From contig CAJTXO010000019.1 of the NCBI GenBank assembly GCA_910583555.1, positions 5,379 to 69,378 on the forward strand: a stretch of DNA of 64,000 nt. The letters run 5' to 3'. Source of the DNA: an uncultured Eubacterium sp. (lineage in GTDB: Bacteria; Bacillota; Clostridia; Lachnospirales; Lachnospiraceae). Under the pieces are notes generated by a model, which worked only from the letters and a program-made list of their open reading frames with translations, had not been told where the DNA came from and searched no databases. The number at the start of each line of letters is the position of its first letter. Position 1 is the first letter of the stretch. The position numbers and the translations under genes are program-made. Positions 1-10,200 of the stretch are shown here, one piece after another.

Positions 1-100
1 TTAATCGTTATTTTGTGTTATATTGGTAGAAAACAAAGTTGGCGCAAATATTTTTTACTCAATATTTTGCAAACGTTTTCGCTTCAAAAAGGAGGACACC

Positions 101-1189
101 ATGTCTCTACAAGAAATTGCCCGGCTTGCCGGAACATCTGTCTCCACCGTCTCCCGCGTATTAAATAATCCGGCCCATCACTGCAACAACCCCGGATTAG
201 CGGATCATATTTGGAAGATCGCGGATTCACTCCACTATGTTCCGAATCCCGCGGCCCGCCGCTTACGCCTTGGCAGCACCGACATCGCAGAGCCGTTTAC
301 CGTTGACATTTTTCTGGCCCGCTTTGATTCCATCGACAAAGATGCCTTTTTCCGTGAACTTTTCTGGATCCTCAAAGAGGAACTGATACAGAACAACTGT
401 GTGCTTGGCGAGATACAAAATCCGCTTGACATGACGGAGCTTTCAAACAGCGGCTCCGCCCCGGATCATGTGCCATATAAACCCGTACAGAAAGTCCAGT
501 CCGAAAAGTCCAGCCACTCCCTGGCGTTTATTGCGAGAAAACCAAATACAGGACTCATCATTTTAGGCAAATGCCCGCCCCGGTTTGTACCGATCGTCAA
601 AAAGCGCTATGCTTATCTGGTCGGCATCGACCGCAATCCGACCGAATATGAATACGACGAGGTTGTGTGCAACGGTCAGGCAGCCGCGGAACTGGCCGTC
701 GAGCATCTGATCGGCCTCGGGCACAAAAACATCGCCTACATCGGTGACTGTACATATGAAACGCGCTATATCGGCTATTATCAGGCACTGATCAACCACA
801 AGATCGCATTAAATTATGAAAACATATACCCGACTGACCAGACACAGGAACAGGGTTTCCATACGATGACCGCCCTGCTCGACTCCCCCCGCCGTCCGAC
901 CGCCATCTTCTGCGCCAATGACTGCACAGCCCTCGGCGTTCTGGACGCGCTGAAACGGCACAAAAAAAGAGGGTATTTTCCCTCTATTATTTCCATAGAT
1001 AATATAAATGATTCGCAAAAAACCGTGCCGATGCTGACAACGATCGACATTCCCAAAAAGGAAATGGGGCATCTCGCTCTCACTCTCCTCCTCGACCGCA
1101 AAAACGGCCATCACCATGAAAATGTCCGCCTGGAACTGCCCTGCCGACTGGTCAGCCGCGAAAGCTGTACTCCCCCGCCGCGCCCGTGA
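101..1189 (+). CDS. LacI/GalR-family transcriptional regulator
   Basis: ORF 23..1189. The N-terminal HTH MSLQEIARLAGTSVSTVSRVLNN is typical of LacI family, and the C-terminal part looks like a sugar-binding fold. The ATG at 101 is preceded by AAAGGAGG (88-95), so 101 is preferred over 23. Confidence 0.85.
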   Translation: MSLQEIARLAGTSVSTVSRVLNNPAHHCNNPGLADHIWKIADSLHYVPNPAARRLRLGSTDIAEPFTVDIFLARFDSIDKDAFFRELFWILKEELIQNNCVLGEIQNPLDMTELSNSGSAPDHVPYKPVQKVQSEKSSHSLAFIARKPNTGLIILGKCPPRFVPIVKKRYAYLVGIDRNPTEYEYDEVVCNGQAAAELAVEHLIGLGHKNIAYIGDCTYETRYIGYYQALINHKIALNYENIYPTDQTQEQGFHTMTALLDSPRRPTAIFCANDCTALGVLDALKRHKKRGYFPSIISIDNINDSQKTVPMLTTIDIPKKEMGHLALTLLLDRKNGHHHENVRLELPCRLVSRESCTPPPRP

Positions 1190-1312
1190 CGCCATGCTGT
1201 GTGCACTTCCCATGCTCCGTCAGTCCGGCATCCCAAACGTTTCCTCTTTTCCCGCCCTGAAATCCGAGTGCAAAAAACCAGCGCGAATACTCGCGCTGAT
1301 CCCCTAAATCAT

Positions 1313-2068
1313 TTATTCACTCCACAGTCCATCTCGTTCCACTCTGTCCCAATCGACACGCAAGGCATCTACTACTTTGCCATTGTAACCGACCTGCTCC
1401 TGCTTCGAAATATATTTCTGTTTCAGCAAGCCGTCCAATGCCATTTTTACCCGGTCTTTTGAAACGCGGTTGTAATCAGATACGCTGTTGATCGTCTTCC
1501 AATACGTAACAAGTGTCCTCGGTTTATGCCGCAATCGGCTCAAACTAGCAAATATCAACTCATTATAATGATCTTTTTCCTGCGATTGTCTCGGCATTTC
1601 CACATAACTCGTGGAAACGGATTTTAGATGATTACTAAAGCCAAACTTCACTCCATAAATGATCACTTTCTTCCCAAGTTCTTTCAAATATTCTGCCACT
1701 TTTAAAAAATGTGCATCACCCGTAAACAATATAAAGACATCGGGGCTTTTCTTCTTCGCTGCATAGCGGTAAATATGATCCAGCATGATGACATCCGTAA
1801 AATCTTTGTCCACACCCGTTTTATCACTGGCTGTGTGCACGACGCCTGATGTCATTTTCTTCAGTCGATTTAGGTCCTGCTCGATATTTGGCTCCGAAAA
1901 GTCGCCAAAAACGTATAAATCCTTCAACCTAAATTCGCCTTTCAGTTCTTCCAGCCATTCTTCCACGTTAGGCTTCATCTGAAATGAATTAGAATATCCG
2001 TAAAACCAATGTTCATAATCCACAAATGCAACAGCGCTGGATTTGCTCCCTCTTCCAAACATTTCCAC
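1313..2068 (-). CDS. NYN/LabA-like (PIN-like RNase fold) domain protein with C-terminal winged-helix-like region
   Basis: 251-aa ORF. The pattern VAFVDYEHW...DFTDVIMLDHIY...VFILFTGDAHF...GKKVIIYGV matches the NYN/DUF88 layout. RBS GGAGGG lies upstream of the ATG. Confidence 0.7.
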   Translation of the reverse strand: MEMFGRGSKSSAVAFVDYEHWFYGYSNSFQMKPNVEEWLEELKGEFRLKDLYVFGDFSEPNIEQDLNRLKKMTSGVVHTASDKTGVDKDFTDVIMLDHIYRYAAKKKSPDVFILFTGDAHFLKVAEYLKELGKKVIIYGVKFGFSNHLKSVSTSYVEMPRQSQEKDHYNELIFASLSRLRHKPRTLVTYWKTINSVSDYNRVSKDRVKMALDGLLKQKYISKQEQVGYNGKVVDALRVDWDRVERDGLWSE

Positions 2069-2098
2069 CCTCCTTTCTTCTCTTATTTTTTGCTGTCC

Positions 2099-2166
2099 AA
2101 CAGTATTCTGTACTGTTTAACAGTGTTTTTTACTGTTTAAGCAGTGTTTTGTACTGTTTAAGCAGC
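2099..2166 (-). repeat. Array of ACTGT/ACAGT palindromic units (three tandem 20-21-nt copies) in the NYN gene leader
   Basis: AACAGTA-ttctg-TACTGTT is followed by TACTGTTTAACAGTGTTTTT (2111-2130), TACTGTTTAAGCAGTGTTTTG (2131-2151) and TACTGTTTAAGCAGC (2152-2166). Confidence 0.8.
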
Positions 2167-2191
2167 CTCTGGCGGGTTCTCCGCCTGAATC

Positions 2192-2220
2192 ATTATATCA
2201 CAACAGCGGCGATGACGCAA
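2192..2220 (-). promoter_or_regulatory. Putative sigma-A promoter of the NYN gene (TTGCGT-17-TGaTATAAT)
   Basis: On the minus strand, TTGCGT (2215-2220), a 17-nt spacer ending in TG, then TATAAT (2192-2197). It lies about 125 nt upstream of the start codon at 2068. Confidence 0.5.
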
Positions 2221-2267
2221 GGCTCATGCTCGAATGATCTACCGGCTGCGCTTTTTCCCTGCTTCAA

Positions 2268-2903
2268 CTACGTTTCTTCCTGCTCCATCCGCGCCCGCCG
2301 CCGCTCATCGACCACGATCCACTCATCCAGCGTCAGCGGTGTGTAATCGGAGAACATACAAAAACAGTTTATCATCTGGCACGGGATCGGTTCGGCCTGA
2401 TCTGCCCCCCTTGCCCGGTACATCGTCTGTCTCGTCAAATGGATAAACCGGTTCACGAGAACCTCATCCTGCGTGTTATGAACATGCCCATAAAGCATAT
2501 ACGTAAGCGGCTCCCCATGCTCCCCCTTCCGGTACTGCCCGTTATAACAAAAAATAGGATAATGGCTTAAAACGACCTTCCTCTTATTATCCCTCAGTTC
2601 CTCGTAAGGCCGGATCCACTGGAAGAGCGACGCGTCAAATTTCCGATGCCGGATCACATGATCGTGGTTGCCTTCAATCAGGTACAATCTGCCGTTTAAC
2701 TGCCTCAACAACCCGCTCGTCTGTTCCGCGTTCCCCAGGGACACATCGCCCAGGATCACCACGTCATCCCCCGGCCTGACTTTCGCGTTCCATCGTTCCA
2801 ATACATACGCGTTCATTTCCTCCACCGACAAAAATCCCCGGCAATCCATGTTATCGTTCAGTCCCTCGTGAAAAAAATGCAGATCCGCAATATAGTACCG
2901 CAT
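2268..2903 (-). CDS. Metallophosphoesterase (calcineurin-like phosphoesterase family)
   Basis: 211 aa. Motifs: MRYYIADLHFFHE, VVILGDVS, IEGNHD, and GH near the C-terminal part. Confidence 0.8.
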   Translation of the reverse strand: MRYYIADLHFFHEGLNDNMDCRGFLSVEEMNAYVLERWNAKVRPGDDVVILGDVSLGNAEQTSGLLRQLNGRLYLIEGNHDHVIRHRKFDASLFQWIRPYEELRDNKRKVVLSHYPIFCYNGQYRKGEHGEPLTYMLYGHVHNTQDEVLVNRFIHLTRQTMYRARGADQAEPIPCQMINCFCMFSDYTPLTLDEWIVVDERRRARMEQEET

Positions 2904-2920
2904 AGGTTTCCTCCATCGCT

Positions 2921-3310
2921 TTACTTTTGGTTTTTGCGGCTGGCCGCTTTTTCCATAAATGTTTCTTCCTCCACGATAAATCTCTCATGGACCGCTTTTC
3001 CGATGCAGCCCGTTTCGTCATACGCCCGCACCTCAAAAGTCAGCTTCCTGCCGTCCACCCGCACCAGCTCACTCTCACACGTAACTTCCATTCCGAGCGG
3101 TGTCGGCGCGTCATGCGTTACTTCGAGACGGATGCCAACCGTCCCGTATCCCGGATCCAGCGCAGACGCCACACTTTTCCATGCCGTCTCTTCCATGAGC
3201 GCGATCATGGCAGGTGTGGCAAATACTTCGAGCGACCCGCTCCCCACCGTCTTTGCCGTGCAATCTTTATTTACGACCTTTGTCTGTTTCCCCTTGATTC
3301 CTGTTTCCAA
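2921..3310 (-). CDS. Hotdog-fold thioesterase family protein
   Basis: 129 aa. Contains TVGSGSLEVFATPAMIALMEETAW...GIRLEVTHDAPTPLG, typical of small thioesterase-superfamily proteins. Confidence 0.7.
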   Translation of the reverse strand: METGIKGKQTKVVNKDCTAKTVGSGSLEVFATPAMIALMEETAWKSVASALDPGYGTVGIRLEVTHDAPTPLGMEVTCESELVRVDGRKLTFEVRAYDETGCIGKAVHERFIVEEETFMEKAASRKNQK

Positions 3311-3405
3311 CCGTTTACCTCCTTTCTGACCTTTTTTTCTCTTTTATTTTCCACGATAGAGAAATAAAAGTCAATGAAAAAATGCAAATTTTTTAAAAAA
3401 ACATC

Positions 3406-3434
3406 TTGACATTTATATTCTCCTATAATATAAT
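3406..3434 (+). promoter_or_regulatory. Consensus sigma-A promoter for tRNA-Pro/Gly unit
   Basis: TTGACA (3406-3411), 17-nt spacer, TATAAT (3429-3434). tRNA-Pro starts at 3466. Confidence 0.75.
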
Positions 3435-3465
3435 AGATTTTGCGTTGTGGAAATACTAATCGCAA

Positions 3466-3540
3466 CGGGGTGTGGCTCAGCTTGGCTAGAGTGCTTGATT
3501 TGGGATCAAGAGGTCGCAGGTTCGAATCCTGTCACCCCGA
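3466..3540 (+). tRNA. tRNA-Pro (anticodon TGG)
   Basis: Cloverleaf read by hand. Acceptor CGGGGTG/CACCCCG, anticodon stem CTTGA/TCAAG with loop TTTGGGA, T-loop GGTTCGAATCC. No encoded CCA. Confidence 0.9.
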
Positions 3541-3599
3541 TTCATGGAGCCACCGTTCCATTCATATAAATATGATGGCAATTTATTTGCCAGACACAT

Positions 3600-3670
3600 G
3601 CGGGTGTAGTTCAATGGTAGAACACCAGCCTTCCAAGCTGGATACGTGGGTTCGATTCCCATCACCCGCT
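3600..3670 (+). tRNA. tRNA-Gly (anticodon TCC)
   Basis: Acceptor GCGGGTG/CACCCGC, anticodon stem CCAGC/GCTGG with loop CTTCCAA, T-loop GGTTCGATTCC. Followed by a T6 run. Confidence 0.9.
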
Positions 3671-3763
3671 TTTTTCAATGCCGCAAACGGCACGGATTCT
3701 CCTTCCCAAACACCAGATAAATATGATGTTTTTGAAAAACGGAGAAAAATAGAAAGAAAAATA

Positions 3764-3792
3764 TTGACATCCGCACCAATTTATGATAACAT
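3764..3792 (+). promoter_or_regulatory. Sigma-A promoter for tRNA-Arg/His/Gln unit
   Basis: TTGACA (3764-3769), 17-nt spacer containing TG at 3784-3785, and -10 TAACAT (3787-3792). Confidence 0.6.
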
Positions 3793-3821
3793 TTGACAGT
3801 ACGGATGAGTACACTTAATGC

Positions 3822-3895
<74 letters not shown>

Positions 3896-3955
3896 TTACG
3901 GCGCAGCAGCGCCGGATCCATGCAGATGATTTACGTATGGACTATTACCTTTCAT

Positions 3956-4030
3956 GGTGGGTATAGCGCAGTTGGTTAGCGCGTCAGATTGTGGCTCTGA
4001 AGGCCGTGGGTTCGAATCCCATTACCCACC
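3956..4030 (+). tRNA. tRNA-His (anticodon GTG) with encoded G-1
   Basis: Acceptor GTGGGTA/TACCCAC. An extra 5' G (3956) sits opposite discriminator C (4030). Anticodon stem TCAGA/TCTGA with loop TTGTGGC. Confidence 0.9.
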
Positions 4031-4057
4031 CTTTCCTATCAGTTTTATGTAGGACAT

Positions 4058-4129
4058 TGGGCTATCGCCAAGGGGTAAGGCATAGGACTTTGACTCCTAC
4101 ACTCGCTGGTTCGAATCCAGCTAGCCCAG
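4058..4129 (+). tRNA. tRNA-Gln (anticodon TTG)
   Basis: Acceptor TGGGCTA/TAGCCCA, anticodon stem TAGGA/TCCTA with loop CTTTGAC, T-loop GGTTCGAATCC. Confidence 0.9.
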
Positions 4130-4233
4130 GATAAAAGCATTCGGGAAATTTTCTGATCTAAGATTGGGAAAACCTAAAAAGAAGCATCTTCCCAATGATG
4201 GGTGTTCATCGGGGGAGATACTCCTTTTTTTAT

Positions 4234-4881
4234 TTAATCACAGTTTTCTTCTTCATCCTCATCACTGAGCACCGATTTTCGAGAAGTAAGCATCTCCTCG
4301 GTAAAGTAGTTCCGGTCCACTCTACCACGGATCCCTTCCACTCTTCCAGCATCCGTATACTGCCAACCGGCCCAGCGTTTCCAGTGATTGCGCATATCCG
4401 GCCGCGCAACTCCGTAATCGGCGATCCAGAGCGGATACACCGCGAGCCTCGCGTCAAACGTATTTGTTGCATTGTTGGCGTCGCTGTAGATCGCGACCCG
4501 CTTGCCCGTCACCTCCCTCAGCTCCTGGAGAAAAGCAGTGGAAACATCATTGATCTGATCTTTCGTCAGGCTGTCGAAGGACTCAAAGTCCATGACTGGA
4601 CAGCCGTGATAGACCTTTCCCCATATGACATCCGCGAAATGCCTCGCCTGTGCCCGCGCCTCTTCTTCGCTGCCCGCGGTCACATAGTGGTAAAAACCGA
4701 TCTTCAGCCGGGCCTTCCTGGCCTCCCTGTAATTCCGTTCAAAATCAGGGTCGATATACGATACCCCTTCACTGGCCTTCATGTAAACAAAGCGGATCCC
4801 TGCCCGCTTAACCTCCTGAAAATCAATGTCGCCCTCCCAATGGCTTACATCAATCCCCTCGATTCTCCGTTCCCTTCTCAT
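4234..4881 (-). CDS. GH25 family muramidase (lysozyme)
   Basis: ORF 4234..4929. IEGIDVSHWEGDIDFQEVKRAGIRFVYMKASEG...FYHY is the GH25 signature. The ATG at 4881 (MRRERRIEG) has a GAGGTG RBS and avoids overlap with hisC. No signal peptide is visible. Confidence 0.8.
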   Translation of the reverse strand: MRRERRIEGIDVSHWEGDIDFQEVKRAGIRFVYMKASEGVSYIDPDFERNYREARKARLKIGFYHYVTAGSEEEARAQARHFADVIWGKVYHGCPVMDFESFDSLTKDQINDVSTAFLQELREVTGKRVAIYSDANNATNTFDARLAVYPLWIADYGVARPDMRNHWKRWAGWQYTDAGRVEGIRGRVDRNYFTEEMLTSRKSVLSDEDEEENCD

Positions 4882-4925
4882 CACACACCTCACTGCCGCC
4901 TTTACTCCAGTATATGATGAAAAAA

Positions 4926-5996
4926 TCAAAATGTGCCTGTAATTTCACGGACCGCCTCAAGAAATCGATCCATCTGTTCCTCCGTCCCCACTGTGATGCG
5001 CAGGTAATTTTCAATGCGCTTCTTACTAAAATACCTCACATATATATGCCGCTGTTTTAATTTCTCAAAAATCTCTGTTGCCGGTACCGTGTGGTGCGAA
5101 ACAAAAAGAAAATTTGTCTGGGATTGTTTGACATCAAATCCCATCTCACGCAGCGCTTCTTTCACGCGCTCTCTCGTCCTCATCACTTTCTGCAGGTTTT
5201 CCTGAAAGTACTGCTCGTCTCCCAGTGAAGCGATTCCCATACGGATAGACGCAGTATTGATCGTATACGAATTGATGGATTCTTTTACGTCATTCAACGC
5301 CTGTATGAGATTCTCGTTCCCCATCGCGTAACCGATGCGCATCCCCGCCAGAGAGCGGGATTTTGAATACGTGCGCACGACGAGGAGATTATCATACTTC
5401 GAAATCAATGGCAGGACAGTCTCTCCGCCAAAATCCACATAGGCCTCATCGATGATCACGACGACGCCCGGATTGGCACGGATCACGTCCTCAATCTGCG
5501 AAACCGTCATGCCGATCGAAGTCGGCGCGTTTGGGTTCGCGATGACAACCCCGCCATTTTCCCGGTCATAATCGGCCGGGTCGATCGTAAGGTCAGGCCG
5601 CAGCGCCATACACGCAAATGGAATGCGGTAAACCTCCGCCCAGACCGGATAAAAAGAATAGGTAATATCCGCAAAAAGAATCGGCTTGTCCGCATTAAAA
5701 AAGGTGAGAAAAGCCAGCGAAAGCACATCATCCGAGCCTACGCCGACAAATACCTCCCTCTCCGAAATCCCGTGATACGCTGCCAGACTCCTCACCAGAC
5801 TGCCCGCCGAAAGTTCCGGATACAGGGAAAAAGCGGCCGGATCCAGATTGTGACAGGCTTCAAATACAGCCGGTGACGGCGGATAGGGATTTTCATTGGT
5901 ATTTAATTTGATCATATCTGTTTCATTTGGCTGCTCGCCCGGTACATACGGCGTCACCCGGCGCACATGAGCAGTCCATTCAGGTCTTTTGTCCAT
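4926..5996 (-). CDS. hisC: Histidinol-phosphate aminotransferase
   Basis: ORF 4926..6047. Motifs LNTNENPYPPSP and YSKSRSLAGMRIGY (PLP lysine). The ATG at 5996 (MDKRPEW) is preceded by GGAGG. Confidence 0.85.
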   Translation of the reverse strand: MDKRPEWTAHVRRVTPYVPGEQPNETDMIKLNTNENPYPPSPAVFEACHNLDPAAFSLYPELSAGSLVRSLAAYHGISEREVFVGVGSDDVLSLAFLTFFNADKPILFADITYSFYPVWAEVYRIPFACMALRPDLTIDPADYDRENGGVVIANPNAPTSIGMTVSQIEDVIRANPGVVVIIDEAYVDFGGETVLPLISKYDNLLVVRTYSKSRSLAGMRIGYAMGNENLIQALNDVKESINSYTINTASIRMGIASLGDEQYFQENLQKVMRTRERVKEALREMGFDVKQSQTNFLFVSHHTVPATEIFEKLKQRHIYVRYFSKKRIENYLRITVGTEEQMDRFLEAVREITGTF

Positions 5997-7218
5997 CTTT
6001 ACCTCCATCCTCCGTACCCAAAGAATAAATATCCGCCAGCTTTTCAAACGCCGGCAGCGCCCGCACGATCATATCATAACTGACACAGTATGCGATGCGC
6101 ACATATCCCGGACACGCAAATGAACTTCCGGGAACGACGAGAAGGTTTAATTCTTTTGCTTTCGCCGCGAACGCCGCATCATCCGGCTCTAAGGATTTCA
6201 CGAACAGGTAAAAAGCCCCGTCCGGACTGGCGCATTCGTAGCCGTATTTCCTGAGATGTTCCACTAACAGCAGGCGGTTGCGGTCATAACTTTCCACATC
6301 CACTTTCGCGTCAATACATCTGGCAATCACTCGCTGCTGGAGCGAAGGGGCGTTGACAAATCCGAGGATTCTCGTGGCCACGTTTGCCGCCGACATGATC
6401 CGGCCGGCATCCACCGCCTCGTCTGGAATGACGAGGTAGCCGATGCGCTCACCGGGCAGAGAAAGAGACTTGCTGTAGGAATAACCGACAATCGTATTCG
6501 CGAAATATTTTGTAACATAAGGTACTTTTACGCCATTATATACGAGTTCCCGGTACGGCTCATCCGAAATCAGATAAATATCCGTCCCGTATTCTTCCTG
6601 CTTCCTCGTCATAGCGTCCGCCAATCCGCGCAGCACCTCTTCGGAGTATACGACTCCCGTCGGGTTATTCGGCGTATTGATGATGACAGCTTTCGTCCGC
6701 CTGGTGATGCGGCGCTCAAATTCAGGCAGATCGGGCATAAACGTCTCCGTATCGGGCGGAACGACTACCGTCGTTCCACCCACATTTGCCACATAATTCC
6801 TGTATTCCCCGAAAAACGGGGCAAATACGATCACTTCGTCGCCGGGATCCACAAGCGCCTTCAGGATCACATTCAATCCCCCGGCCGCGCCGACCGTCAT
6901 CACGATATTCTCTTCGGTAAAATGGGTTCCGTGTTTTTGATTCAGGCTGTCTGCTACGGTCCTTCTGACATCCTCATAGCCAGAATTATTCATATACCCG
7001 TGCAGCTCATTCGGCTTCTCATTTTCGATAATGTCGATCACCGCCTGCCGCACCTCTTCTGGCGGCTCCACGCTCGGATTCCCGAGGCTGAAATCAAACA
7101 CATTGTCCTCTCCGTACTCCGCCGCCATCTTCTTTCCTTCCTCAAACATGGCGCGGATTACGGAACTCCCATTTACCAGCTCTTCCATCTGCTTTGCAAT
7201 CATTGAAAAAATCTCCAC
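5980..7218 (-). CDS. Class I/II PLP-dependent aminotransferase (aspartate/alanine aminotransferase-like)
   Basis: 412 aa. Motifs FSLGNP, NTPNNPTG and YSYSKSLSLPGERIGY. The start could be M1 (7218) or M6 (7203). Confidence 0.85.
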   Translation of the reverse strand: MEIFSMIAKQMEELVNGSSVIRAMFEEGKKMAAEYGEDNVFDFSLGNPSVEPPEEVRQAVIDIIENEKPNELHGYMNNSGYEDVRRTVADSLNQKHGTHFTEENIVMTVGAAGGLNVILKALVDPGDEVIVFAPFFGEYRNYVANVGGTTVVVPPDTETFMPDLPEFERRITRRTKAVIINTPNNPTGVVYSEEVLRGLADAMTRKQEEYGTDIYLISDEPYRELVYNGVKVPYVTKYFANTIVGYSYSKSLSLPGERIGYLVIPDEAVDAGRIMSAANVATRILGFVNAPSLQQRVIARCIDAKVDVESYDRNRLLLVEHLRKYGYECASPDGAFYLFVKSLEPDDAAFAAKAKELNLLVVPGSSFACPGYVRIAYCVSYDMIVRALPAFEKLADIYSLGTEDGGKDGQKT

Positions 7219-10200
7219 TTATTTGATCTTAATGGTTATCGTTTTCTTAACTTTCTTAACTTTTGCCGTTACTTTTACCGTTCCTTTTTTCAGCGCTTTC
7301 AGTTTCGCCTTATTCGCGCCCTTCGCCGTGACTTTAGCAAGTTTCTTCTTATTCACTGACCATTTTACTTTGCCGGAAACATTTTTCAGCTTCGCTTTGA
7401 GTGTAATGGTCTTACCTTTCTTCACGGTTTTCTTTGCCGTAATGGAAATCGACGCTTTCTTTGCGGTCGTCTTCGGTTTTGGCGTACTCGTCGGCGTGTT
7501 GCTCGGCGCCGGTGTCGGCACATTTCCTGGTACGGATGGGGACGGTACAGGCGTAGCCGGCGTGTCAGGCGTCGGCGTATCATTCGACGGCGCGTCCACA
7601 CCCCTCAAAATCTTGACCGTATACGTTTTCGAAGTCTCATGGTCTTCGGCAAATACTTTCAGCGAAAGGGTCGTCGTATCCTCTGTCAGCAGATAATCCA
7701 GCTTTCTTCCGTCATTTACGAGGGCATCGTTGATATACAGCAGTCCGTAACGGTCCGCGATGTCAAATTTCAGCTTCGTACTTCCTGTTCCGGCCGGAAG
7801 ATATACGGTAAAGGTATCGCCTTCACTGCGCACTTCTCCGTTGCTGCTCGTCACTGCAGTCAGCACCGCGTTTTTATCAAAGTTTTTCGTCATCGAAAGA
7901 CCGCCGACCAATCTTGCGCTGTCTTCTGTCGCCGATGCACTCTCGAACTTCACAGTCACAACCGTGTAGGATGTTTCCACACCCTCGTCATCTGCCACGG
8001 AAATCGTCTTCAAGGCAGCCGCCAGCACATCTGCCGGAATCTCAAAATACTCCATGAAAAACTGATCGTCGCCTTTGTAATCAAGCGTCTTTTCCGCGAT
8101 CACCTGATCGCCGACCGAAATCTTCATCGTCTTGCCATTGTCCTCTTTGGCGAAACGGCAGAGTACGGAATTTGTCTTGTCCTTGTCAACGATGAAATTG
8201 TACATGAAATAACCGCCTGCTTTGGCACAGCGGGTACTTCCGCCATTTTCGATCGTACCTGCCATCGAATCCTTCTCCTGCATCTGATGGATGACATCGT
8301 TTTCGTACTGTCCATATCCCGGCTGGGTGGAATCCAGCATACTGGAATTTACCCTTCCATTCTGTTTTCCTTCGAGGATCGCGCCCTCATCGGCCACGTC
8401 AAACGGGCTCTCAAAATACCAGTAAATCCCGTATCTCTCGTCATTTAACGTATTAAATGGCACAAACGTCAGGCCATCTTCAAAGTTTTCCTCCGCATTG
8501 GTGCCTGTCATTTTAAACGTAAGCGTATCCGCGGATTCATCTTTCACCAAATAGCTGTCGATGTTTTCGATAAATTCATCCATGGAGAGCATTTCCTGAA
8601 TGGAAAGTGTCTCGTTGGCAAACGGAGTAGCAGCCTGCGAATCACCATACTTCATCGTAATATCCTTTTCCTCTGAACCTACCACCTTATAAAGCGGTGC
8701 CGTCAGGCTCGCTCCTGCCCATGTCGTTTCCTTCATGCGCTTTGTACCGAGTTTCGCGGCCAGAACGGTCGGTCCGTACTGGAAACCATATACCGTATTG
8801 TTGTCCGGCAGCCCCGCAGCCGTCACGGCCATCGGATACTGAATCGTCACCTCATCGTTTTCCTTCCACTCACGGCTGATGGATATGTAGCCGTTAGAGG
8901 CCGCATCTTTGATCGTCGTCCCGTTTACCTTTACTGTCACCTTGCCACTGGCCCAGTCCGGCACACGCAGCGCGATCACTGCGTTCTGCGACGCGCCGTT
9001 CAGCATATGAACCCTCAGCGTCGCCACATCCGATTTCGTCACATCCGATTCCTGCGTGATCTCCATGTTCTTCTCTTCCCATTTTACTTTGGAAGCGACA
9101 TACTGGTTTACGACCAATGTATTGTCATTGTGGAAATAGATGCTGTCGCCAAGTTTCGTAAAGTTCTCCATCCCGCTGCCGGTACAACACCAGTACATGT
9201 TCTTTGCCGGATCCGGATCACCAAATGTCTTAAAGTATCCGGTCGCCATCGGGATAAAGTAAGCAGCCGCCCCTTCTTCCGATTTCACAGCTCCCATGAT
9301 CGAGTTGCGCAGCGTCGTCTCATAGTAATCGGAATACTTTTTCTCCCCTGTCACTTTGTACAGCTCGCGCGACAATTTCAGCATATTGTGGGCACAACAG
9401 CTTTCACAATTCGTCTTCGTACGTGTCGCATCCAGCTTCCCTGCCTCACGGAAGTGCTCCATCACACTCACGCCTCCGGTTATGTAGGAATAGTAATCCA
9501 CTGCCACATCCCAGAACTTCTCTGCGTATTTCAGATACTTCTCATCTTCTTCTGTCGCCTCTCCCCTTGCTTTTAAGACGGTATATCGTTTTAACGCTCC
9601 GACAAATTTCGGAATCGCCGTATTTGCATGCTTTCCATTCAATGTGTTTTCATCTCCGGCAAGCACTGCTTCCAACACTTCACGTTCTGTTACACCATTA
9701 TTGTTTACCTTCACCCGATCCTCATCAAACTGGTGGGCCGCCTCTAAGTGGTTCGGATCACCAGAGTAGAAATACAGATCGTACATGCAGTCATTCATCC
9801 CGCCATACTCGACACTGAGTACACGTTTTCTAGTCGCATCGTTCCACTTACTAACGCGGTTATACACCCATGTTCCAAGTTTCTTCGCTGTCTCCAGCGC
9901 TTCCTCATTTCCAGTGAACTTATACGTATCTACCAATCCGGCTACCATTTTGTGCATATTGTACCACGGCACCCAGATTTCAGTCGTATATCCGACTTTC
10001 TCAACCACATCAAACTGATACTCCACATTGTCTTTCTTGCTGATCTTTGCTCCGAACAAAAATCCCGTGTCCAGCTTATCCTGGCATTCCTTCAGTCCGG
10101 AAATGATGTCGTCCAGTTTCTGTTTCAGTTCCTGGTCGCCGGTCGCTTTCACTCCCTGCGCGCATGCAGATAAATAATGTCCGACGCAGTGTCCGCCAAG

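Noticed and set aside
2099-2166. The ACTGT/ACAGT repeats, considered as LexA/SOS boxes.
   Set aside because: The E. coli-type box is CTGT-N8-ACAG and the Firmicute Cheo box is CGAAC-N4-GTTCG. Here the half-sites are separated by only 1-5 nt, and the organism is a Firmicute.
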